A DNA stretch of 62,915 bases, counting the filler, from Candidatus Ancaeobacter aquaticus (GTDB lineage Bacteria > Auribacterota > Ancaeobacteria > Ancaeobacterales > Ancaeobacteraceae), in the NCBI GenBank assembly GCA_030765405.1. It is 4 parts of 4 records of this genome, joined end to end, with 100 filler letters (N's around TTAATTAATTAA, not from the genome) between each part and the next. Parts side by side here need not be neighbours in the genome. Positions count along the whole stretch, not along the records: positions 1 to 24,695 come from JAVCCP010000019.1; positions 24,796 to 29,000 come from JAVCCP010000017.1; 2 more parts are not named here. One strand, given 5' to 3'. Positions within the stretch are counted from its first letter, which is position 1; each line of letters begins with the position of its first letter. Shown in pieces: positions 19,731 through 28,268 of the stretch. The notes below the pieces were generated by a model. The model saw only the letters and a program-made list of their open reading frames with translations, was not told where the DNA came from and searched no databases. Both the position numbers and the translations under genes were made by a program.

Positions 19731-20306
19731 TTAGTAGATGTGAATACCGACTTTTTTAAGCAAGATTGATAGCTTTGAAAGAGGTAATCCTATTACATTA
19801 AAGTAGTCGCCATCAACCTCTTCTACCAATGCACCGCCAAGCCCTTGTATTGCATAAGCACCGGCTTTATCTAAAGGCTCCTTGGTCGCCACATAGGCTT
19901 TTATTTCTTTTTCACTTAATGTTTTAATTTTCACGCGGGTTTCTTCTGTAGCTATGTAGTGTTTTTCCGCCTGCATATCAATCACCGCTATACCTGAAAC
20001 GACCGTATGAAATCTGCCGCTTAAGGCTTTTAAATGCGCTATTGCTTCTTTTCCATCTCGGGGTTTACCTATAATTTTCTTTCCCAAACACACAAAAGTA
20101 TCTGCGGAAATAATTATTGCATTTTTATATTTTCGAGCAACCGCCATTCCCTTTTCTAAAGCAAGATACTGGGCTAATTCTTTGCGAGGTTTACGGATGG
20201 TCATATCCTCAACATAATCACTATGGACAATTTCAAAAGGTATACCCAGCTGCTTGAGCAGTTTCTTTCTACGTGGAGATGATGAGGCCAAAATAATCTT
20301 TTTCAT
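19731..20306 (-). CDS. maf: Maf-family nucleoside triphosphate pyrophosphatase
   Basis: ILASSSPRR, SADT, GKP, DKAGAYAIQG and NVIGLP motifs. Confidence 0.95.
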   Translation of the reverse strand: MKKIILASSSPRRKKLLKQLGIPFEIVHSDYVEDMTIRKPRKELAQYLALEKGMAVARKYKNAIIISADTFVCLGKKIIGKPRDGKEAIAHLKALSGRFHTVVSGIAVIDMQAEKHYIATEETRVKIKTLSEKEIKAYVATKEPLDKAGAYAIQGLGGALVEEVDGDYFNVIGLPLSKLSILLKKVGIHIY

Positions 20307-20367
20307 GCATATTGTTTTATCTCTAAATATTTATAAAGTCAATGAATATAAAAACACCTTCTCACAT

Positions 20368-20411
20368 AAAAAAAGGCACTGGGTGTATAGAAACACCCGT
20401 GCCATTTTTTT
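20368..20411 (-). terminator. intrinsic terminator after serA
   Basis: GGCAC(T)GGGTGT/ACACCC-GTGCC stem flanked by A and T tracts. Confidence 0.7.
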
Positions 20412-20431
20412 ATGCTCATTTTTCGCAAATA

Positions 20432-21607
20432 TTATTCAGATGATTTTAACAAACGTACCTTGATGATATCCTTTACGGCAGCGATATTTGCTATTACTTC
20501 TTCAGGAACATCTCCATCAATATCTACAATAGTATAAGCAACATCATCTTTACTCTTATTAAGCATTTCAGAGATATTCAGTTTTGCATCAGCTAAAATA
20601 GTTGATATATGCCCAACAACACCAGATACATTGTTATTTGCTATACATATACGTGACACGGCAACTGTTCCTAAAGAACATGCAGGAAAATTTACTGAAT
20701 TAATGATATTCCCATTTTCAATAAAATCCTTTATTTGTTTTACAACCATCATTGCACAATTTTCTTCAGACTCGTCAGTTGAAGCGCCAAGATGCGGAAT
20801 ACATATGGTATTATCCATCTTTAGGAGCTCTTCATCAGCAAAATCTGTTACATAACTTGATACAACGCCATCAGCCATTGCTTTGGATAAATCGGCATTA
20901 TTAACGAGCCCACCGCGTGCAAAATTCAAGATCTTAACACCTTTTTTCATTAAGCCGAATCGTTCCGCGTTAAGTATCCCTTTTGTCTTATCGTTTAAAG
21001 GAACATGCAAAGAAATATAATCGCTCGATGCGATCAAATCATCTAATCCCTTTGCTTTCTTTACCTCTCGTGATAGATTCCATGCTGCTTCAACAGATAT
21101 ATAAGGATCAAAACCTTCCACTTCCATACCAAGAGCCAACGCATCGTTTGCAACCATTACACCGATTGCACCAAGGCCGATAAGTCCGAGTTTCTTCCCT
21201 TTGATTTCGCTTCCTGCATAGTGTTTTTTATTTTTTTCAACGATTGCAGACACTTCAGCGCCTTTTCCAACAAGCGTTTTCGCAAAATTAATACCATCAA
21301 CGATCTTGCGCGAAGAGAGAAGCAGCCCAGCTACAACGATTTCTTTTACTGCGTTTGCATTTGCCCCGGGAGTATTAAATGCAACAATCCCCTTTTCCGT
21401 GCATTTTGGCAGGGGAATATTGTTCACTCCAGCACCAGCACGACCTACAGCTAGCAAACTTTCAGGTAAATCCATATCAAGCATATTCTGACTTCTCACA
21501 AGTATAGCGTTAGGATTTACTACCTCAGTACCGATTTCATACTTATCTAAAGGAAACTTCTCTAGCCCCTTTGTGGATATCTTATTTAACATTTGTATCT
21601 TATTCAT
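20432..21607 (-). CDS. serA: D-3-phosphoglycerate dehydrogenase with ACT domain
   Basis: GRAGAGVNNI, GLGAIG, SLHVP, NFARG and PHLGAST motifs; next to serC. Confidence 0.93.
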   Translation of the reverse strand: MNKIQMLNKISTKGLEKFPLDKYEIGTEVVNPNAILVRSQNMLDMDLPESLLAVGRAGAGVNNIPLPKCTEKGIVAFNTPGANANAVKEIVVAGLLLSSRKIVDGINFAKTLVGKGAEVSAIVEKNKKHYAGSEIKGKKLGLIGLGAIGVMVANDALALGMEVEGFDPYISVEAAWNLSREVKKAKGLDDLIASSDYISLHVPLNDKTKGILNAERFGLMKKGVKILNFARGGLVNNADLSKAMADGVVSSYVTDFADEELLKMDNTICIPHLGASTDESEENCAMMVVKQIKDFIENGNIINSVNFPACSLGTVAVSRICIANNNVSGVVGHISTILADAKLNISEMLNKSKDDVAYTIVDIDGDVPEEVIANIAAVKDIIKVRLLKSSE

Positions 21608-21616
21608 TTTCCCCTC

Positions 21617-22699
21617 CTAGCTATTTGATTGTTCAAACTTTTCTATAAATTCTACCAGTTTTTTAACCCCTTCTACGGGCATTGCATTATAAATACTTGC
21701 ACGCATACCACCGACAGATCTGTGACCCTTTAATGTAACCAATCCAATTTGCACGGCTTCTGCTATAAATTTTTTATCCAAATCTTCGTTTGGTAGCACA
21801 AAAGGCACATTCATGATTGATCGTGAATCAGGTGCAACCGGTACATTGAATAACTTTGATTTATCGATCGCATCATAAAGCATTGCGGCTTTATCTTCGT
21901 TTATTTTTTGAACAGCTGCAATCCCGCCAAGACTCTCAATCCATTCAAAAACAAGCTTGCAGATATAGATTGAGTAGCATGGCGGCGTATTGTACATAGA
22001 ATCATTTTCAACATGTGTTTTATACTCAAGCAATGTCGGTGTTCCATCTAACACTGTGCCAACAAGATCATTTCTGACAATAACTATTGTAACGCCAGAT
22101 GGCCCCGCATTCTTTTGTGCTCCTGCAAAAATGATCCCGAATTTGCTAACATCAATCTCTTCAGACAAAAAATTCGATGACATATCAGCTACGAGCGGAA
22201 CATCACCGGTATCAGGAATTTCCATATATTTTGTTCCATAGATCGTATTATTCGTAGCGATATAAAAATAATCAGCATCTTTTGTAAAAGTCGCTGGATC
22301 AAGCTTCGGAATAAAGGAAAAGTTTTTATCTTCCGAAGATGCAACAACATTCACTTCACCATATTTCTTTGCTTCTTTAATCGCTTTTTTTGTCCAGCTA
22401 CCGGTATTTACATAATCTGCTTTCTTTGATTTTTTTAAAAGATTCATTGGCACCATTGCAAACTGCAAAGATGCACCACCTTGTAAAAAAAGAATCGAAT
22501 AATTATCAGGAATATTCATTATCTTTTTCAGTGTGGCTTTCGCATCTTCCATAATTGAGCTAAAATCTTTTCCACGATGGCTAAGTTCCATAACAGACAT
22601 ACCGCTTCCATTATAATCAAGCATTTCTGCTTGTGCCTTTTTTAAAACTTCTTCCGGCAACATCGCTGGACCTGCACTAAAATTATAAATTGTTCTCAT
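21617..22699 (-). CDS. serC: phosphoserine aminotransferase
   Basis: NFSAGPAMLP, LQGGASLQF, ADMSS, AGAQKN and GHRSVGGMRAS motifs. Confidence 0.97.
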   Translation of the reverse strand: MRTIYNFSAGPAMLPEEVLKKAQAEMLDYNGSGMSVMELSHRGKDFSSIMEDAKATLKKIMNIPDNYSILFLQGGASLQFAMVPMNLLKKSKKADYVNTGSWTKKAIKEAKKYGEVNVVASSEDKNFSFIPKLDPATFTKDADYFYIATNNTIYGTKYMEIPDTGDVPLVADMSSNFLSEEIDVSKFGIIFAGAQKNAGPSGVTIVIVRNDLVGTVLDGTPTLLEYKTHVENDSMYNTPPCYSIYICKLVFEWIESLGGIAAVQKINEDKAAMLYDAIDKSKLFNVPVAPDSRSIMNVPFVLPNEDLDKKFIAEAVQIGLVTLKGHRSVGGMRASIYNAMPVEGVKKLVEFIEKFEQSNS

Positions 22700-22719
22700 A
22701 GCACCCTCCTTGTGTTTTG

Positions 22720-23349
22720 TTATTGTATATTCAACTCTTTAAATGCAACTATTTCTCTGAGCATATTTGTCAAATCAACATTCTTAACAACAATGTGCTG
22801 GGGAACTGAAAGAAACACAGGCGCAAAATTCAAAACCCCATTTACCCCAGCGGTTACCAATCTATCCGTAACGTTTTGTGCTGAATCAGCAGGAACCGCA
22901 ACTAATGCAATCTCGATCTTTTCTCGAACAATAACATCCTCAAGTTGATAGACGGGATACACATTAATATCTGATTTAATAAGTTCGAGCCTGTTAATAC
23001 TGTCTTCAAAACCTGCAACAATGTTAAAACCCTGTGGTTCAAAATTAGAGTATGCCAAAAGAGCCGAACCAATTCTGCCTAATCCGACAACACATGCATT
23101 TCTTTTTTTATCAAATTGGAAATAACTACCTATAAGTTCTTTTAACTTCACTACATTGTATGATCGTGTGGATTCGCCATCCCGACCAATAAAGCTGAGA
23201 TCTTTTCTAATAGTAAAGCCAGGAACTCCCAATAACTGTCCCAATTCACTTGACTGCACTTTTTCTACACCTTTCTTATCCAGGTCTTCAAGAAAACTGT
23301 ATAGCCTGCAGTAACGCTCAACTGTTGGTTTTGGTATCTTTTTCATCAA
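22720..23349 (-). CDS. rex: redox-sensing transcriptional repressor Rex
   Basis: IPKPTVERY, SSELG, IRKDLS, VGLGRIGSAL and LNFAP motifs. Confidence 0.93.
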   Translation of the reverse strand: MMKKIPKPTVERYCRLYSFLEDLDKKGVEKVQSSELGQLLGVPGFTIRKDLSFIGRDGESTRSYNVVKLKELIGSYFQFDKKRNACVVGLGRIGSALLAYSNFEPQGFNIVAGFEDSINRLELIKSDINVYPVYQLEDVIVREKIEIALVAVPADSAQNVTDRLVTAGVNGVLNFAPVFLSVPQHIVVKNVDLTNMLREIVAFKELNIQ

Positions 23350-23361
23350 AACACCCTCTTA

Positions 23362-23379
23362 TTGTGATTTATTTCACAC
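23362..23379. promoter_or_regulatory. Rex operator (autoregulatory)
   Basis: TTGTGATTTATTTCACAC, 16/18 fit to TTGTGAA-N4-TTCACAA; lies between the -10 box and the RBS of rex. Confidence 0.75.
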
Positions 23380-23383
23380 TACC

Positions 23384-23412
23384 AATATATAATGTGCATA
23401 TTTACGTGTCAA
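23384..23412 (-). promoter_or_regulatory. sigma70-type promoter of rex
   Basis: Minus strand TTGACA-17 nt-TATATT. Confidence 0.65.
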
Positions 23413-23584
23413 GTATTTATTCTAAAATATTTTAATCACCATATATCCGCTATACCGTGTATTTTTTCACGATAACAAGCTTGACAGTATCTCGTTATTT
23501 ACCTCAACACCGAACAGCGCAAACCGAAAACCGAACAATAAATCTTGATTTATTGTTTTATAACCCTTATGATGTTAGCCACTT

Positions 23585-24568
23585 ATGACAGAAATAAATA
23601 TTGGTTCACTCACATTAAAAAATAATCTTGTTATGGCCCCTCTTGCTGGTTATACCGATTGGCCATTTAGACAAATTCTATCTAAATTTAAGTGTTCACT
23701 TGCCTACACTGAAATGGTAAGCGCAAAAGCACTCTCCATGAACCATCAAAAAACAAAAGAACTCCTCTTCTTTGAAAAGACCACACCATCACTTATGCAT
23801 GGTTGTCAGCTTTTTGGCAGTGATGTTGAGTCAATGACAAAAGCTTCACAGATCGTTCAGAAAATGGGATACAACGCGATTGATATTAATATTGGATGTC
23901 CCTGTCCAAAGATTATTAAAAGCGGTGCCGGCTCAATACTTCTCACCAACCCAATGAAACTGTCTCAGCTATTAAAAGCTATGCGTAAAGTTATTACTAT
24001 TGCCTTTACCGCAAAGATAAGAATTGGTTGGGATCAAAACTCAATGAATGCTGTTGAAATAGCACATATAATTGAACAAGAGGGTGTTGATGCGCTTTTT
24101 GTTCATGGACGAACACGCTCCGCAGGCTTTTCAGGAAAACCAAATCTCGATAAAATTAAAGAAGTAAAAGAACGGGTTAACATTCCCTTGTTTGGCAATG
24201 GAGATATAAAAGATGTCTCAAGCGCAGAAGAGATGCTCTCCCAAACGGGATGCGATGGTCTTATGATAGGACGATACGGTTTTGAAGACCCAAGCGTATT
24301 TAATAGAATCGATGCTGCATTAAACAATGAATTGATTCCGGAAAAACCATCCCGCAAAGAACTTCTTCTTCTTTTAAGGCACTTATGTGAAAAACTATTT
24401 ATTTATTATGGCGATAAAAGAGGCGTCTTTCGTTCGAAAAACGCACTGCTTTTCTGCCTACGAAATTTTCATGGGGCAAGCACTATGAGAAGACAGATAT
24501 CACAATTTAACACACAAGATGATTTTAATACATTCTTCGAAGATCAATTAGGTAGACAATGCAATTAA
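23585..24568 (+). CDS. dusB: tRNA-dihydrouridine synthase (DusB family)
   Basis: MAPLAG, TEMVSA, DINIGCP, KIRIG, VHGRT, GNGDI and MIGR motifs. Confidence 0.9.
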   Translation: MTEINIGSLTLKNNLVMAPLAGYTDWPFRQILSKFKCSLAYTEMVSAKALSMNHQKTKELLFFEKTTPSLMHGCQLFGSDVESMTKASQIVQKMGYNAIDINIGCPCPKIIKSGAGSILLTNPMKLSQLLKAMRKVITIAFTAKIRIGWDQNSMNAVEIAHIIEQEGVDALFVHGRTRSAGFSGKPNLDKIKEVKERVNIPLFGNGDIKDVSSAEEMLSQTGCDGLMIGRYGFEDPSVFNRIDAALNNELIPEKPSRKELLLLLRHLCEKLFIYYGDKRGVFRSKNALLFCLRNFHGASTMRRQISQFNTQDDFNTFFEDQLGRQCN

Positions 24569-24569
24569 G

Positions 24570-24695
24570 GTCGAGTAGATATAATATGGCCGTCACACTT
24601 AGACATGCTTTGTGTTCCCTGTTACTCTCCCCTTTCGGTTTGGAGAGTGTCACATTATTCTGTCTTATGCTTCGACTTCAACACCCCTCACAGAA
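24570..24695 (-). mobile_element. 3' end (end of DV plus long DVI) of a second group II intron, cut by contig end
   Basis: Minus strand reads TTCTGTGAGGGG...CCATATTATATCTACTCGAC, closely matching the 3' end of the complete intron (TTCTATGAGGGG...CATATTATGTCTACTCGAC). Confidence 0.85.
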
Positions 24696-24795
24696 NNNNN
24701 NNNNNNNNNNNNNNNNNNNNNNNNNNNNNNNNNNNNNNNTTAATTAATTAANNNNNNNNNNNNNNNNNNNNNNNNNNNNNNNNNNNNNNNNNNNN
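24696..24795. other. artificial contig spacer
   Basis: 44 N + TTAATTAATTAA (stops in all six frames) + 44 N. Confidence 0.97.
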
Positions 24796-25350
24796 CATGA
24801 ATTTTTGGGGATCGCAAAAAGAAATGTTGATCGATTGGCCAGGCTGATAAACGATGTTCTTGATTTTCAGAAGCTTGAAGCGGGAAAGATGACTTTCAAT
24901 ATTGAAGAGAATGATATAAATGAGACAGTATGTGAGGTCTGCCAGACAATGGACACGGTAGCGCGGCAAAAACAACTTGAGATCATTACACGTTGTAAAA
25001 AGAATATCCCAACTTTTCGTTTTGACAAAGATAAAATTATTCAGGTGCTGACAAATCTTATAAATAATGCGATCAAGTTTACCGAGAAGGGGTCGGTGAC
25101 GATAGCTACCTCAGTTAAAGACAATATCGTACAGGTAGCGGTTTCTGATACGGGGATGGGAGTAAAAAAAGAGGATCTAGATCGTCTCTTTAACTATTTT
25201 GAGCAGATCGGTGGCAAAGAAAGAAAGGTTGGTGGGACTGGTTTAGGGTTGGTTATCTCTAAAGAAATCGTAGCGCGTCATAATGGCAAAATATGGGTTA
25301 AATCAGAGTTTGGAAAAGGAACCACGTTTTATTTTGTTCTGCCGGTTTAG
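24796..25350 (+). CDS. sensor histidine kinase, C-terminal part (5'-truncated)
   Basis: LINDVLDFQKLEAG, QVLTNLINNAIKFT, VSDTGMG and GGTGLGL motifs (N, G1, G2 boxes). Confidence 0.92.
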   Translation, partial: HEFLGIAKRNVDRLARLINDVLDFQKLEAGKMTFNIEENDINETVCEVCQTMDTVARQKQLEIITRCKKNIPTFRFDKDKIIQVLTNLINNAIKFTEKGSVTIATSVKDNIVQVAVSDTGMGVKKEDLDRLFNYFEQIGGKERKVGGTGLGLVISKEIVARHNGKIWVKSEFGKGTTFYFVLPV

Positions 25351-25365
25351 GAACGGAGACGTATT

Positions 25366-25395
25366 AGTTCGGAGTAGGGAGTTAGGAGTTCGGAG
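25366..25395. repeat. heptamer tandem array (AGTTCGG consensus), left arm
   Basis: AGTTCGG AGTAGGG AGTTAGG AGTTCGG AG; inverted partner at 27737-27766. Confidence 0.9.
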
Positions 25396-25402
25396 AAAAA
25401 AC

Positions 25403-27714
25403 ATGAGTGCGCCAAGAAAAGCTAATATAAGCAAGCTGGACAATCCAGCACGTGTAATGGCTAACCACCGGCACGGAACCAAACCATGCGTATAAGGAGG
25501 TAACGAATTATGCGAAGCCATGGTAAGGGCAGTTTGTCAGCCACAACGCAAGTGAAGGTATTGAGCCTCGAAAATATCCATATCGCATTGGGTCAAGGGT
25601 TTCATGTTCTGGAAACCAATATCAGGACACACGCTAAAGGTGAGAGTGTCTCTGACGTGCCGGGGTCTAAGTCCGTAGCGGGCAAACGAACTGTTTATAT
25701 TGGAACTTGGGAGAACCGAAGCGTTCCAACAGGAAGCTTCCAAGAAGCCGAAGAGGCAACAAGGAAGTATGGCGTTTTGGTAGTCGGACTGACTCATAGT
25801 AGAGGGGTAAACAGGGTAATGCCTGTTAAGTCTCGAAGGTTCGGGACACTCGAAGGGGTCAGCAGTTTAACGCAGAGGGAGGATATCTGTCATGCCGTAC
25901 ACTGATATAGGAGAAACATGGCAGAAATTATCTCTCATAACTGGTCATGCCCGAAGAAACCCTGATTTTCAGTTTACGAGCCTTGCTCACTTACTGAATG
26001 CTGAATATCTTCGGGATTGCTACAAAAGCCTGAACAGGAATAAGGCTGTAGGAATTGATAACCTAAGCTGGGAAGAATACGGCAGGAATTTGGATGAAAA
26101 TCTGGAGCTGTTAGTCTCAAGGCTGAAGCGCAAGAAATACAAGCCGATACCGGCGAGACGAGTATATATTCCGAAAAGCGAGACAGAAGAACGCCCACTC
26201 GGAATATCAGCGCTGGAGAACAAGATAGTAGAACGTGGAATCACGTGGATACTTGAAAGTATCTATGAACAGGATTTTTTGAACTGTTCATACGGTTTTC
26301 GTCCAAAGAGAAACAGTCATCAAGCATTAAAAGAACTTAATGATTTGACAATGTTTCAGCCGGTAAACCACATTGTAGAGGCGGATATAAAGGGATTCTT
26401 TGATAATGTGCCGCATGAGAAACTCATAGAGTTTATCCGGATAAGAGTAAAGGATACGACACTATTGAACCTGATAAAGAAATTCCTGAAAGCCGGCTAT
26501 ATTGATGATGGAGTATTGGTAAAATCGGATACCGGAACGCCTCAAGGCAGTATTCTCAGTCCGATTTTGGCTAATATCTTCCTGCACTATGTATTGGATA
26601 CATGGTTTGAGACAACAATCAAAAGCCATGTCCGAGGGTTCTGTGAAATCGTTAGATATGCGGACGACTTTGTTTGCGTAGTCCGTTATGCGGATGATGC
26701 CAAGCACATTGAGCGAGAGCTGCGAAACCGATTCAATAAGTATGGTCTGGAAATACATCCGGCAAAAAGCCGGAATATAGGTTTCGGACGATTTGAACGA
26801 GAAAACGCTAAAGCACAGAACCGCCGTACCAACACGTTTGATTTTCTGGGTTTTACTCACTATTGCGACAGGTCAAGAAACAATAACTTCAAAGTAGGAC
26901 GTAAGACCAGCCGCAAGAAATACTCCGTAAAATGCAGGGAAATGAATACGTGGCTTAAGGCGATAAGAAATCAGGTTAAAACCAAAGAGTGGTGGAAAAT
27001 TCTGGTAGTAAAGCTACGGGGACATTTTCAGTATTATGGAGTTAGTGAGAATTATAGGGGGATTGCAAGGTTCTATAAATACACCATAAGAATGGTGCAG
27101 AAATGGATGAACCGGCGCAGTCAGAAGCGGAAAATGAGTTGGGATAGATTTACAAAATATCTCGAGCATTATCCGTTGCCAAAACCGAAAATAGTGCATA
27201 GCTTTTATGTGTCACGTGTAAGGTGAGTTGGATTGAAGAGCCGGATGTGAGAAATTCACAAGTCCGGTTCTATGAGGGGCATTGAAACTCCTCTTGTTAA
27301 TTGTGAAAATATAAGAAAAGGAGTCATATTATGTCTACTCGACAAATGAAAACAAAAATAGAGCAAAAGTTTAATTTCGAAGATTTAATGGTGTATCAGA
27401 AGGCATTGGAGTATGTTGATTATGTATATAAGATTACAAGCGGATTTCCGCGCGCCGAATTGTTTTCTTTGGCAGACCAATTTAGAAGAGCAGCAACTTC
27501 CATTTGTCTGAATATAGCAGAAGGAAGTGGAGGAAGCAAACTTGAGTTTAATAGATTTCTTAGAATTGCGAGAAGATCGATCAGAGAGTGTATCGCTATA
27601 ACTGAAATTTCACTTAGACAGCGTTTTATTAACAATGAAGATAGACATAAATCACGTGATTATTGTGTTGAAATATCAAAAATGGTGAGTGGATTAATGA
27701 AGTCGTTGAAATAA
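25403..27714 (+). CDS. four-helix-bundle protein (23S rRNA IVS protein / TIGR02436-like), split by the intron: exons 25403-25406 and 27344-27714
   Basis: FEDLMVYQKA, FPRAELFSLADQFRRAATSICLNIAEG and ARRSIRE motifs; spliced ORF is 375 nt (MKMKTK...) with GGAG SD at 25392-25395. Confidence 0.88.
25407..27343 (+). mobile_element. complete group II intron
   Basis: 5' GTGCG; EBS1 TCATGTT (25602-25608) complementary to IBS1 AACATGA (25400-25406); DV GAGCCGGATG...GTCCGGTTC (27238-27270) with AGC triad; 3' end CTACTCGAC. Confidence 0.93.
25892..27226 (+). CDS. ltrA: group II intron reverse transcriptase/maturase (no endonuclease domain)
   Basis: RRVYIPK, RPLGI, SYGFRP, ADIKGFFD, GTPQGSILSP, RYADD and FDFLGFT motifs; ends just before DV. 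Confidence 0.96.
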   Translation: MPYTDIGETWQKLSLITGHARRNPDFQFTSLAHLLNAEYLRDCYKSLNRNKAVGIDNLSWEEYGRNLDENLELLVSRLKRKKYKPIPARRVYIPKSETEERPLGISALENKIVERGITWILESIYEQDFLNCSYGFRPKRNSHQALKELNDLTMFQPVNHIVEADIKGFFDNVPHEKLIEFIRIRVKDTTLLNLIKKFLKAGYIDDGVLVKSDTGTPQGSILSPILANIFLHYVLDTWFETTIKSHVRGFCEIVRYADDFVCVVRYADDAKHIERELRNRFNKYGLEIHPAKSRNIGFGRFERENAKAQNRRTNTFDFLGFTHYCDRSRNNNFKVGRKTSRKKYSVKCREMNTWLKAIRNQVKTKEWWKILVVKLRGHFQYYGVSENYRGIARFYKYTIRMVQKWMNRRSQKRKMSWDRFTKYLEHYPLPKPKIVHSFYVSRVR

Positions 27715-27736
27715 GTTCGGAGGATTTTTTATTTTA

Positions 27737-27766
27737 CTCCGAGCTCCTAACTCCGAACTCCAAACT
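27737..27766. repeat. heptamer tandem array, right (inverted) arm
   Basis: Reverse complement AGTTTGGAGTTCGGAGTTAGGAGCTCGGAG matches the left arm at 26/30. Confidence 0.9.
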
Positions 27767-27784
27767 ATTTAAAAGGAGCTAAAT

Positions 27785-28147
27785 ATGGATAAAAAAATTC
27801 TAGTAGTAGATGATGAACCGGATATTTTGAGGCTGGTAACATTTAGGTTAAAAAAATATGGATGTGAAGTATTATCGGCAACGAATGGAAAGGAAGGATA
27901 CGAGCTTATTTGCAAAGAAAAACCTGATCTGGTGCTTTTGGATTTGCGGCTTCCGGAGCTTGATGGGACGGAAGTGGCAAGAAAAGTAAAAGAAGATCCC
28001 CAGTTGAGCTCAGTTCCTATTGTTATCCTTACCGCAAGCGCGGATGCCGCTGATCTTGAAATAATAAAAGAGCTCAAAGTTGAAGGGTATCTTACAAAAC
28101 CGTTTGAGCTGGCAGACTTGTTTGCGACAGTGGAGAAATATATTTAA
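27785..28147 (+). CDS. single-domain response regulator (receiver)
   Basis: ILVVDDE, PDLVLLDLRLP, LTA and YLTKPF motifs. Confidence 0.94.
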   Translation: MDKKILVVDDEPDILRLVTFRLKKYGCEVLSATNGKEGYELICKEKPDLVLLDLRLPELDGTEVARKVKEDPQLSSVPIVILTASADAADLEIIKELKVEGYLTKPFELADLFATVEKYI

Positions 28148-28148
28148 T

Positions 28149-28251
28149 GGTTCGGAGTAATGAGTTCGGAATCTGGAGTATTTTTTTATTTCACTCCCAA
28201 CTACAAACTTTGAACTCCGAGCTGTTTAATCCGAACTCCAAACTCCGAACT
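28149..28251. repeat. inverted heptamer arrays around a short T-rich spacer
   Basis: GGTTCGG AGTAATG AGTTCGG AATCTGG AGT - ATTTTTTTATTTC - ACTCCCA...CCGAACT CCAAACT CCGAACT. Confidence 0.85.
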
Positions 28252-28268
28252 GACAACGGATAACTAAG

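Noticed and set aside
24696..24795. TTAATTAATTAA palindrome as a biological site (also at 29045 and 56802)
   Set aside because: Identical six-frame-stop linker centred in 100-nt N gaps; an assembly/annotation artefact.
25510..25905. 131-aa ORF upstream of the RT
   Set aside because: It lies within structured intron RNA (DI-DIV) and has no recognisable motifs.
25892..27714. Diversity-generating retroelement (RT next to an Avd-like four-helix-bundle gene)
   Set aside because: The RT lies inside a complete group II intron (GTGCG, EBS1/IBS1, DV, DVI) and I saw no TR/VR pair differing at adenines.
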